Assembly: GCA_963666315.2 (NCBI GenBank)
Contig: CAXXHG010000015.1
Location: forward strand, 160,001-224,000
Origin: Candidatus Binatia bacterium
GTDB taxonomy: Bacteria; Desulfobacterota; Binatia; Bin18
Direction of reading: 5' to 3'
Length of the DNA: 64,000 nt
Positions 49,572 through 58,538 of this stretch are shown here, one piece after another (position 1 is the first letter of the stretch; the number at the start of each line of letters is the position of its first letter). The notes under the pieces were generated by a model that was not told the DNA's origin, ran no database searches, and worked only from the letters and a program-made list of their open reading frames with translations. The translations under genes were made by a program, and so were the position numbers.

Positions 49572-50441
49572 TCAGTCTTCAATACTGGCATCACTGGCAT
49601 CGCCGGCATCAAAGTCCGAACCAAGCGCCACGCGGCGAACGGCCTTCGAGCGAGTGGGTTGATGTCCGACAGCTTCAGTTGGAGCCGGCCGTTCGGCAAC
49701 CGTATTCGTCAGCCGCCCCAAACCGGAAATCTCAACTTCAATGACATCTCCTGGCTGCATAGGCCGTGAGTTGGCCGGGGTCCCGGTGAGAATGATATCG
49801 CCCGGCATAAGGGTCAGGTGCCGACATAGATCAGCCAGCTGGTAATCGATGCCAAAAATCATGTCAGACACGAGGGCATCTTGAACGACTTCCCCATTCA
49901 GATATGTCCGGATGAGTGATTCCCGAACATCCACTCCGCTCACAATGCCTGGTCCAATCGGACAAAAGCCGTCCATGCCCTTCACCCGCAACATCGAGCC
50001 CGCATCAGTGTCACGAAAATCGTGACAGCCCACGTCATTTGCCGCAGCGAATCCGGCCAGATACGACCAGGTCTCTTCTCGCGGAACATTGCGCATGGGC
50101 TTGCCCACGATTGCCGCGATTTCCCCGTCATAGTTCAAATACCGGCAATTCGTCGGGCGGTGCAGTCGTCCTTTATGCGTATTCAAAGCGCTGATAGGTT
50201 TCTGGAAATAGGTGGGTGTTTCCGGCGTGGGTACACCGAACTCCGCTCGGCGCGAGTCGTAGTTGAGGTGTATGCAAATGATCTTGGTTGGGTTACACGT
50301 GGGCAGATAAATCACTTCGGTCTCCGCAATAGCACGGCCGTCAGCCAAAACGAGTTGACCGTGATCTGGCCGCACCCATTCCTCGACCCCGTGGTGCAGA
50401 ATCCGCCGCCATTCTTCCCGTTCACCCTCTAACACACTCAT
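49572..50441 (-). CDS. Fumarylacetoacetate hydrolase family protein
   Basis: KIICIHLNY, FQKP, ANDVG, KGMDGFCPIGP and PGDIILTGTP motifs. Confidence 0.9.
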   Translation of the reverse strand: MSVLEGEREEWRRILHHGVEEWVRPDHGQLVLADGRAIAETEVIYLPTCNPTKIICIHLNYDSRRAEFGVPTPETPTYFQKPISALNTHKGRLHRPTNCRYLNYDGEIAAIVGKPMRNVPREETWSYLAGFAAANDVGCHDFRDTDAGSMLRVKGMDGFCPIGPGIVSGVDVRESLIRTYLNGEVVQDALVSDMIFGIDYQLADLCRHLTLMPGDIILTGTPANSRPMQPGDVIEVEISGLGRLTNTVAERPAPTEAVGHQPTRSKAVRRVALGSDFDAGDASDASIED

Positions 50442-50525
50442 AGCTGGCTCCTTTGTGGACTCTTGTACTGGACAGACTATAGTTGTTCCATTATGTCAGT
50501 CCGTGTTCAATGAGGGAGGAAAGAC

Positions 50526-51705
50526 ATGGCAAGCATCCCAGCAGAAGTCCGCGAGGTCCGCGACCATATCAGGGCATTTATCAATGAGAAGGTCGTTCCG
50601 GTTGAGCCTATTCTCCACAAAGATGATGAGGAATCGGGCCAGGTGCTCGAAAGCTTGAAACAGCAAGCCAAAGACGAGGGCATTTGGGCCCTTGGGCATC
50701 CCAAAGACATTGGCGGCGGTGGTCTGCCATTTATGTCGTTTGTGTATCTCAACGAAGCGATCGGCCGTTCACATTGGGGCCAAGCGGCCGTAGGCTCGCT
50801 CACCATGCAAGATTCCATCATGTTGAATTTATACGGCTCCGAGACGCAGAAAGAGCGTTGGCTCAAGCCCCTGGTTGCCGGCGAAATTCTGCCTTCTGTA
50901 GGACTCACAGAACCGGAGGTAGCCGGCTCTGACCCGACCCTCATGCAAACCAAAGCCGAACTTGATGGCGATGTGTGGGTCATTAATGGTCACAAGTGGT
51001 TCACCTCGTATGCAAAACAAAGCCGCCTTTACCACAGTCTTTTGTCAGACCGACCCGGACGCCGACCGGCACGCTAAGTTTTCGGCCATCATCGTGCCGA
51101 CCGACACACCCGGGTACAACATCGAACGCGTGGTCCAGACTATGGGCCATACCGGTGGTGGTCACTGCGAAGTGCGCCTCACCGATGTTCACGTACCGCG
51201 GGAGAATTTATTAGGCCAACGCGGCAAAGGTTTTCTGATTGCCCAAAAACGTTTGGGGCCGGGGCGTATTTTTCACAGCATGCGCTGGCTGGGGCAGGCC
51301 CAGCGGGCGTTTGAACTCATGTGCGAGCGAGCCAAGAGCCGCTATGCCCACGGCTCACTGCTATCAGAAAAAGGCGAGATTCAGCGTTATATCGCCGAGT
51401 CCGCCGCCGAGATCCAAGCGGCACGACTGATGACCTTAGATGCCGCACAGGCCATTGATGCCGGTGGTGAAGCCCGTGTCGAAATTGCGCTCATCAAGTT
51501 CTGGGGCGCACGCATGTTACACAACGTCATCGACCGGGCCATTCAGGTCCACGGCGCACTCGGCGTGACCAGCGATACACCCTTAGAGTTCATGTACCGC
51601 GAAGCGCGGTACGCCAGAATTTATGACGGCCCCGACGAAGTCCACCGCATGACCGTGGCCCGGCGTTTGCTGCGCGATCCAATAAATGGCACACCGTGGT
51701 CGTGA
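50526..51705 (+). pseudogene. Acyl-CoA dehydrogenase split by a frameshift
   Basis: LTEPEVAGSD...INGHKWFTS, then an extra A in GCAAAACAAAG (51014-51017), then RLGPGRIFH, QVHGALG and RIYDGPDEVH. Confidence 0.88.
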
Positions 51706-51728
51706 AACGTCACACTTCACAATTACAT

Positions 51729-51790
51729 CCCCTCGCCCCCATTTGGGGAGAGAGGGAAACAGGAGCAGAGCGACTGTGGGTGAGGGGGGA
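51729..51790. repeat. REP-like repeat (CCCTC.CCC...GGGAGAGGG...GGGTGAGGG family)
   Basis: CCCCTCGCCCCCATTTGGGGAGAGAGGG...GGGTGAGGGGG, similar to 44215-44262 and 35271-35291. Confidence 0.6.
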
Positions 51791-51811
51791 TTCTTCAACG
51801 TCCACTTTTTC

Positions 51812-52262
51812 CTATTCGCTCATAGTGCCTGGTCTTGGCGGTAGGCCGGTAAACCCTTCGAGGACGACCATATTGGTGTATTCCGAAGCTGCATGCCGGA
51901 ACGGAATAGCCTTTTGATACTCTGCTGAATCATACTAGGCTTTGGCCGCTTCAACAGAAAGGAATTCAAGCACAACGGTCCAGTTCTTCCCCCATTGTCC
52001 TTCCAGGATCTCCGGGCTTGCGGACGCAACTATAGCGCGGCCCTGATAGGCCTGGATCGTCGGCCCGACGGCTGCACGATACTTGCTGAAGAAGGCCTCG
52101 TGGTCATTGATATGCATCCGCACCAAAATGTATCCAGGGGCCGAAGTCGCCGCTTCAGCCGTCCGGGCCAACACTGGTCCACGGCTTGCGGCCGACGAGT
52201 AGCAGGGCAACACTCAGGATGAGGCCTACGAACTGGAAGGTATAAGCCCTATTTCTCTTCAT
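51812..52262 (-). pseudogene. DUF1330 protein with a signal peptide, disrupted
   Basis: MKRNRAY...LLLVG signal, then a frameshift, then KYRAAVGPTIQAYQGR...LEGQW...VVLEF.SVEAAKA*YDSAEYQ (TGG>TAG at 51935-51937). Confidence 0.85.
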
Positions 52263-52392
52263 AACGACAATCCTCCAAATCATTTTTTCTCCTTCATCGT
52301 TTGTACTCGGACCACACAGGAATTACGCTATAGAGATGCAATAACACAGTCAATATTGGAGAAAAGCATATAGCTTATGTAAATTTGCATAT

Positions 52393-53355
52393 ATGTATAA
52401 TTGGGATGATGTGCGATTTTTCTTGGTCATAGCGCGGACAGGATCGATGACACGCGGGGCCGACGCGCTTGGCGTCGATCAATCAACGGTTTCTCGCCGC
52501 ATTGCGAGCCTAGAGAAACATCTTGAGGTCAAACTCTTCGAACGGCATACAGCCGGTTATATTCCGACGCATTCAGGCAGACAGTTGCTCCATCATGCGG
52601 AACGCGTAGAGGATGAGCTCATTGAGGTCGAGCGGCGCGTAGTAGGACAACTTCGACGGATCAGCGGTTCCATCCGTGTCAGCACCTCAGCCCATTTGGC
52701 GACAGAACTGCTCGCGACTCCCCTGGTCGCTTTTACGGAGGAAAATCCGGAGATTGAGGTCAATCTAACCATTACGAATTCGCTCGTGGATATGAACAAA
52801 TATGAGGCGAACATAATCATCCGCATCACAACCAGCCCGCCCGAAACCCTCGTAGGCCGCAAACTCGCGGATGTTACAGCGGCCCTGTATGCTTCAAAGA
52901 AATACTGGGCGAGCTGTCTCAAACAATCGGAAAAGATAACTCAGGCGAAGGGCTATCGGGGGTATCGTTGGATTGGTAATGCCTGGCCGGGAGAAGCGAG
53001 CGAGGCGGGGATGAAAAAACACCTCCCCCAGGCACTCGCTGTCAATCCGCGCCCGACTGGCCATGTCAACGAATTATTGGATATGAAACAGCTTATTAAG
53101 GCCGGCCTCGGAGTGGGACGGCTGCCCTGTTTTCTGGGAGATACAGATCCAAGTCTACAAAGAGTCTCTCCGGTTTTTTCACGAGTAGGCTGGAGTCTGT
53201 GGCTGCTTACGCATGAAGACCTACGTCATACGACTCGGATACGGATCTTCACCGATTTCATAGCGAAGGCTCTGAACACGCAGAAAGATCTGATCGAGGG
53301 ACGCACTGCAGATGGTTGGTTTAGAGGGTGGCTGACACAGTGCGCACATACCTGA
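52393..53355 (+). CDS. LysR family transcriptional regulator
   Basis: NWDDVRFFLVIARTGS...LGVDQSTVSRRI..LE...LFER HTH. Divergent from the DUF1330 pseudogene. Confidence 0.92.
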   Translation: MYNWDDVRFFLVIARTGSMTRGADALGVDQSTVSRRIASLEKHLEVKLFERHTAGYIPTHSGRQLLHHAERVEDELIEVERRVVGQLRRISGSIRVSTSAHLATELLATPLVAFTEENPEIEVNLTITNSLVDMNKYEANIIIRITTSPPETLVGRKLADVTAALYASKKYWASCLKQSEKITQAKGYRGYRWIGNAWPGEASEAGMKKHLPQALAVNPRPTGHVNELLDMKQLIKAGLGVGRLPCFLGDTDPSLQRVSPVFSRVGWSLWLLTHEDLRHTTRIRIFTDFIAKALNTQKDLIEGRTADGWFRGWLTQCAHT

Positions 53356-53676
53356 CACTCGCTGTGATCCAGCTTGTGTCAGCTCTCTCGTATCGTTTTG
53401 TATCCGATCAGGCAGAACAACATAGTCCTTCTTGATTGGGCCTTTGGGGAAATAGCGGAGTTCTCTCGCACCTTTTTTCTGTAAGAGCATATTCCGAGAC
53501 TGGGAGGGAAGCTTGAGCGCAAGACCGGCTGGTGTGAACGAAATGAAGATCTTGCCATTTACATACCCGGCAGCCCCGCTAAAGAAATGCTTGCATTCGA
53601 TGTCAGCCGCGTTGAACTCTTCTCCTGACAGCTGTTGTATCAATGCACACAGCCGTTCTAGATATTCCTTTGCTAT
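53321..53676 (-). pseudogene. TfoX N-terminal family protein with a mutated start and C-terminal frameshift
   Basis: RBS GGGGAG then ATA-AKEYLERL. CKHFFSGAAGYVNGKIF...GLALKL...KDYVVLP; the shifted frame gives SWITASVRYV*. Confidence 0.7.
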
Positions 53677-53853
53677 TTGATACTCCCCGGCTGCAATCAA
53701 TCATCTCGTAGCCGGGATGTACCTTACCATTCTTTACCTCTTGTAAAGGGGAGAGAGTGCCGTCTGTGCCAGCAGACGCTGGCACGTAGTGGCCGCGAGT
53801 GAGGAGAAATATTCAAAGCCCCACCGTCTCGATCCGGTTAACGCGACATAGTC

Positions 53854-54305
53854 CTAATTTAGGAGCTTCTTAGCAGCATCACTCTTCAGGACACCGCGCA
53901 GCATGGCCACATGATCTCGCGGCTCGAGGAACGGATGACTACGATACACATCCGAGTATTGTTCGTCGAGCCCCTGTTGTGTTACCAGCTGCTGCGGCGC
54001 AACATCCTTCACCTGACGTAAGTGGCGCTTAGCAAATTCTAAACGGTTCGGATCAATGAGGCCTTTTTCTATAAAGGATCGAGTCTTGTTGCGACAGCGA
54101 CAAGGATTGTCCCTGTTCACCAGGCCACACTTGCCCTGCACGAACGCGTAAAGGTCACGACGGGCTCGGGTCAGCCGCTGTCGAAAGGCCACCGGCGTAA
54201 TCTCGAGTAGCTCGCCACCTACTTGACTATCCACGGAAAAGATATCACCGAGTACGAAAATAATGCGCTGCTCACGATCAAGGCACAACAACATCGGCAT
54301 TGTCA
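53854..54305 (-). pseudogene. ECF sigma factor, C-terminal fragment
   Basis: MLLCLDREQRIIFVLG...FRQRLTRARRDL...CGLVNRDNPCRC. The 5' part is replaced by IS30 sequence. Confidence 0.8.
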
Positions 54306-54500
54306 GAAGGGCGGCATTGAAAATGCCCTCGGTCGCATGCGGCGAACCATCCCGCGCAAAACCGCCCTCGCCACCCTGAGCACAAACTGCTTTAATGCCC
54401 TCATCCCTGCCTACAACAACACACCCCGAAGATGTCTTGCCTACCACACTCCTGCAGAGGCTCTTTTACAGCAACTGTTGCACTTCAAATGTGAATCCAC
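54304..54500 (+). mobile_element. IS30-family remnant (transposase C-terminus and right end)
   Basis: QKGGIENALGRMRRTIPRKT...YNNTPRRCLAYHTPAE...LLHFKCES, ending TGTTGCACTTCAAATGTGAATCCAC. Confidence 0.85.
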
Positions 54501-54711
54501 AGTCCCGTTTCCACGGGCATGACAGTCCGTGTTGTGTCACACCTGCAAACGCCGGAACCCAGGCCTACGGGACAAGATGGAGTTAGCGCAGCGTAACCCG
54601 ACACACACGGCTCCCCCTACCTCCGTTTCCCAGGCCGGCGTCTATGCTAGACTGCTGTCAGAATTTAATGGATTCAAATTCTGCGGCAGGAACGTCAAGG
54701 AGACTGTAGCT

Positions 54712-55794
54712 ATGCTTGGTTTTCAGCCAACCGAAGAACAGCAACTGATTCGAGACACCGTCGCTGAGCTTGCCCGAGAACAGATCCGCCCCGTCGCCCA
54801 CGATGCGGATGAGAGCGGCGCGATTCCTGGGGCGGTTGTGCAACAGGCTTGGGAACTGGGACTGGTACAAAGTACGATTCCCGAAGCCTACGGCGGTGTG
54901 GGGACGCCCTCTTCGGCTGTCACCGGCACCTTAATCTGTGAAGAGCTGGCCTGGGGCGATCTGGCCATAGCCCTGCATATGCTCGCACCCCAGCTCGTGA
55001 CCTATCCGGTTATGACGCTGGGTACACACGAACAAAAACAGCAGATTCTCAGCAGCTATATCGGTCCGAATTTCACCGCCGGTACGGCCGCTCTCATGGA
55101 GCCACGCTTTGGCTTTGACGTAAATGAACTGGCCACAACGGCCGAGCGGAAAAGTGGAGACTTTGTCATTAACGGCAGGAAGTGCTTTGTGCCGTTAGCT
55201 GAAGATGCCGCCCAAATATTGGTTTATGCCCGCATAGGGAATGATTTGAGCGCCTTCCTGGTACCGCGCGGGACGCCGGGGCTCAACATAACCGAACGTG
55301 AGAAAAACATGGGCCTCCAAGCAGTCGCCACGTATGAACTCAGCCTGGACGATTGCCGTGTCCCAGCCCCGTCTCAACTGCAAGGCGATCTGCAGCCTGT
55401 TTTGAATCGCTCACGTGTTGCCCTGGCGACCATGGCCGTTGGCGTGGCCAAAGCCGCCTATCAATATGCGCGCGAGTACGCCAAAGAGCGCAGAGCGTTT
55501 GGCGTCGCCATTGCGCAAAAGCAAGCCATAGCCTTCATGTTGGCCGAGATGGCCATGGAAATTGATGCCGCCCGTTTGCTGGTCTGGGAAGCGGCGTGGA
55601 AAATCGACGCGGGTGAAGATGCCACGCGCGAAGCCTGTTTGGCGAAGAACTACGCGGCAGACATGGTTCTCAAAGTGACTGACAACGCCCTCCAAACCCT
55701 GGGCGGGCATGGCTATATTCGGGACCATCCGGTTGAACTCTGGCTGCGTAACGGTCGCGGCTTTAGCACCTTCGAAGGGCTGGCCATGGTCTGA
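54712..55794 (+). CDS. Acyl-CoA dehydrogenase (FadE24-like partner subunit)
   Basis: EELAWGD, ALMEP, INGRKCFV, RRAFGVAIAQKQAIAF and LGGHGYIRDHPVELW motifs. Confidence 0.88.
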   Translation: MLGFQPTEEQQLIRDTVAELAREQIRPVAHDADESGAIPGAVVQQAWELGLVQSTIPEAYGGVGTPSSAVTGTLICEELAWGDLAIALHMLAPQLVTYPVMTLGTHEQKQQILSSYIGPNFTAGTAALMEPRFGFDVNELATTAERKSGDFVINGRKCFVPLAEDAAQILVYARIGNDLSAFLVPRGTPGLNITEREKNMGLQAVATYELSLDDCRVPAPSQLQGDLQPVLNRSRVALATMAVGVAKAAYQYAREYAKERRAFGVAIAQKQAIAFMLAEMAMEIDAARLLVWEAAWKIDAGEDATREACLAKNYAADMVLKVTDNALQTLGGHGYIRDHPVELWLRNGRGFSTFEGLAMV

Positions 55795-55871
55795 GGATGT
55801 TCTAAAGTCGAAATGATCTAACCATCTAAGGTCGAAAAAGAACGAATAATCCAGAGTCTTGGAGGCATAGT

Positions 55872-57107
55872 ATGATAGACTTCTCCCTCTCCCCGGCCGT
55901 TCAAAAAAACCGCGACATGATGCGCTCGGTGGCGGACGGCACCATGCGACCCATCTCGCGCGAGTATGACGAGCGTGAGCACGAAAAGCCCACCGAGTGG
56001 CTGAACATGATGTGGAACGCCACCAAAAATCTGGTCAGCTTTGGAGATGGAAAACAGAAGCAAGAGCCGCAAGAAAAGACTGACCGACGCCCGTCGGAAC
56101 GTAACGTTCGCTCGGCCGTTCTTGTTGAGGAATTATCCTGGGGCGACGTGGGTCTATATCTCAGTATTCCGCATCCAGGCCTAGGTGGTGCTGCGGTCGC
56201 CGCCGCCGGCACGCCGGCGCAGAAAGAGCGCTTTCTGGCACGCTTCCGTGACGGCGAACCCAAGTGGGGAGCCATGGCCATTACCGAACCGGGCTGTGGC
56301 TCAGACTCGGCCGCGGTCGCAACCACAGCCGTTCAGGATGGAGACCAGTGGGTCTTAAACGGGACGAAGATTTTCTGCACCAGCGGTCTCATGGCTGCAG
56401 AAAAATCGGAGGGCTTTGTCGTCGTGTGGGCCACGATTGATAAATCTGCCGGTCGACACGGCATCAAAGCCTTTGTAGTTGACCACCACACGCCGGGTAT
56501 GACCGTCGCTAAGATTGAAGACAAAATGGGCATCCGGGTCTCGGACACGGCCATGCTGGTGTTTGAAGACTGCCGCATTCCAGTAGACAATCTTTTGGGT
56601 AGTGCAGAAGTGAAAAAATCCACTGAGGGCTTTAAAGGCGTGATGGCCACGTTTGACGCGACCCGCCCGCTCGTGGCCGCCAGCGCTATTGGCGTCGCCC
56701 GAGCAGCTGTGGATTATGTCCGTGATATATTCAGGCGGGAAGACATCACCATCCGTTACACCACCCCACCCACAAAACTCAGCACGCTGGAGCGTGACTT
56801 TATGGATATGGAGGCCAGCCTGCAGGCGGCCAGGCTGCTGACCTGGCGGGCGGCCTGGATGCTGGATCAAGGTAGGCACAACAGTCTGGAGGCCTCTATG
56901 GCCAAAGCCAAGGCGGGCAGCGTGGTCACTCAGGTCACACAGAAAGCCGTCGAGCTACTCGGTCCGCTGGGATACTCACGAAAAATTCTGTTGGAAAAAT
57001 GGATGCGCGACGCCAAGATCAGCGATATTTATGAGGGCACGCAGCAGATTAATTTGCTGATTATTGCCCGGCGTATCTTGGGCTATTCGAGTAAAGAGCT
57101 AAATTAG
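55872..57107 (+). CDS. Acyl-CoA dehydrogenase (FadE23-like)
   Basis: AMAITEPGCGSD, LNGTKIF, KMGIR.SDTA and DIYEGTQQI motifs. Confidence 0.92.
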   Translation: MIDFSLSPAVQKNRDMMRSVADGTMRPISREYDEREHEKPTEWLNMMWNATKNLVSFGDGKQKQEPQEKTDRRPSERNVRSAVLVEELSWGDVGLYLSIPHPGLGGAAVAAAGTPAQKERFLARFRDGEPKWGAMAITEPGCGSDSAAVATTAVQDGDQWVLNGTKIFCTSGLMAAEKSEGFVVVWATIDKSAGRHGIKAFVVDHHTPGMTVAKIEDKMGIRVSDTAMLVFEDCRIPVDNLLGSAEVKKSTEGFKGVMATFDATRPLVAASAIGVARAAVDYVRDIFRREDITIRYTTPPTKLSTLERDFMDMEASLQAARLLTWRAAWMLDQGRHNSLEASMAKAKAGSVVTQVTQKAVELLGPLGYSRKILLEKWMRDAKISDIYEGTQQINLLIIARRILGYSSKELN

Positions 57108-57134
57108 AAAGTCCACCTCAAAACTGATTTTCTT

Positions 57135-57836
57135 ATGCAAGTCATTGGCCATCGCGGCGCAGCAGCCCTCGCTCCGGAGAATACGGTGGAAAGTTTCGAT
57201 CTGGCACTGTCACTCGGCGTCGATGCGATTGAGACCGATGTCCACTCGACCAGCGACGGCGAACTCGTCCTGATTCACGATCAAAACCTGAGTCGAACCA
57301 CAAATGGAGACGGCCTGGTGTATGAAACACCGTGGTCGGTCGTCAGAGACTTAGACGCGGGTTCGTGGTTTGGCGTCGAACACGCCGGCGCGCGCGTCCC
57401 CTTACTGGGTGAGGCACTCGAGCGTTATGGGCAACGCACCCACATTGTGCTCGAGATCAAGCAGCCCGATCTTGAGCTGCGCGTGTTGGCTATGGTGCAG
57501 GATATGGGCCTGCTCAATGCGGTCACGTTCTCCTCGTTTTATTTCTCGATTGTCCGGAATCTGAAAGCGCACGCACCCGAGGCCAAGGTTGGCTCGCTGA
57601 CGATTGACGCCAAGCCGGAAACAACCCAAAGGGTGTTGGACGCCAAGCTTGATCAGATCTGCCCGCCCGCGCTTTTTCTGTCTCGGCAGCGAGTCGCCGA
57701 CTGGCAAGCCTCGGGGCTCGAAGTCCGGGCCTGGGGGATCAAAGACACAGATCTCATGCGATCAGCCATCCAGGCCGGCGTTGACGGCATGACGGTCGAT
57801 TTTCCGCATCTGCTGCTGCAAGCTCTGGGCAGATAG
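57135..57836 (+). CDS. Glycerophosphodiester phosphodiesterase
   Basis: GHRGA...PENT, IETDV, LIHD, EIK and GVDGMTVDFP motifs. Confidence 0.92.
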   Translation: MQVIGHRGAAALAPENTVESFDLALSLGVDAIETDVHSTSDGELVLIHDQNLSRTTNGDGLVYETPWSVVRDLDAGSWFGVEHAGARVPLLGEALERYGQRTHIVLEIKQPDLELRVLAMVQDMGLLNAVTFSSFYFSIVRNLKAHAPEAKVGSLTIDAKPETTQRVLDAKLDQICPPALFLSRQRVADWQASGLEVRAWGIKDTDLMRSAIQAGVDGMTVDFPHLLLQALGR

Positions 57837-57866
57837 CGTCCTCACAATCACTACAATCACTCTCGC

Positions 57867-58520
57867 TCAGCGTTGAAAGACCACAACAGATTTCTCATGA
57901 AAATGGGCACTGAGTGTATATTCTTGAGCTAACCACTCGATGGTTGCTCTGGAGTAGAAACACACATGGGTTGCATCGTGTTTGTAATACCAGTTTGGAA
58001 ACCGGCTCTGATCGGTGACGAACTGGGTCATAATGCCAAGCCAGCCGCCGTGTTTTACCAGTCCAAGCAAACACTCCCAGTCTGCTCGGGGCTGGGCAAA
58101 GTGTTCCATGGTTTCAGCACACGTCACAAAATCGTACGTCCGTTTAAGAACGCTAGGCTGGTTAGCATACAACGGGTCATAGTTCTTAACCTGAAAGCCC
58201 CGCTCAGCCATGAGCAGCGAGAGAACGGGTTCAGGCCCAGAGCCGAAATCCAAGCCTAGACTGCCTGGCGGGAGTAGCGGCACAAGGACATCAAGCAGCC
58301 GGTTTAAAAAGGCGCGATAGCCAGCATGGCCTGGGTCGTCCGGGTTATTGCGGTGGGTGTCGTAACGCTGCCGGGCAGCCTCGGCGGAGATATGGTAGCG
58401 GCGAGGCACATACACTACGTCACACTGCGGACAGGACCAATAGACTCGGAGCCGGTCTTGATGAAACCGGCTTCCGCCGGCATGCAGACACAAAGGACAG
58501 TGGGAATCCAGGCTGTGCAT
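57867..58520 (-). CDS. Class I SAM methyltransferase with an N-terminal CxxC...CxxC zinc ribbon
   Basis: CPLC, CPQC, GLDFGSGP, ETMEH and WYY..D.THVCFY motifs. Confidence 0.88.
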   Translation of the reverse strand: MHSLDSHCPLCLHAGGSRFHQDRLRVYWSCPQCDVVYVPRRYHISAEAARQRYDTHRNNPDDPGHAGYRAFLNRLLDVLVPLLPPGSLGLDFGSGPEPVLSLLMAERGFQVKNYDPLYANQPSVLKRTYDFVTCAETMEHFAQPRADWECLLGLVKHGGWLGIMTQFVTDQSRFPNWYYKHDATHVCFYSRATIEWLAQEYTLSAHFHEKSVVVFQR

Positions 58521-58538
58521 ATACTGCCAAACAGACCC

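Noticed and set aside
2172-51937. Stop-codon reassignment or selenocysteine/pyrrolysine readthrough
   Set aside because: Internal stops include TAG, TGA and TAA, co-occur with frameshifts, and all three codons terminate intact genes normally.
52376-52391. TATGTAAATTTGCATA as a LysR operator
   Set aside because: The position is plausible but the spacing does not cleanly fit T-N11-A; unsupported beyond location.
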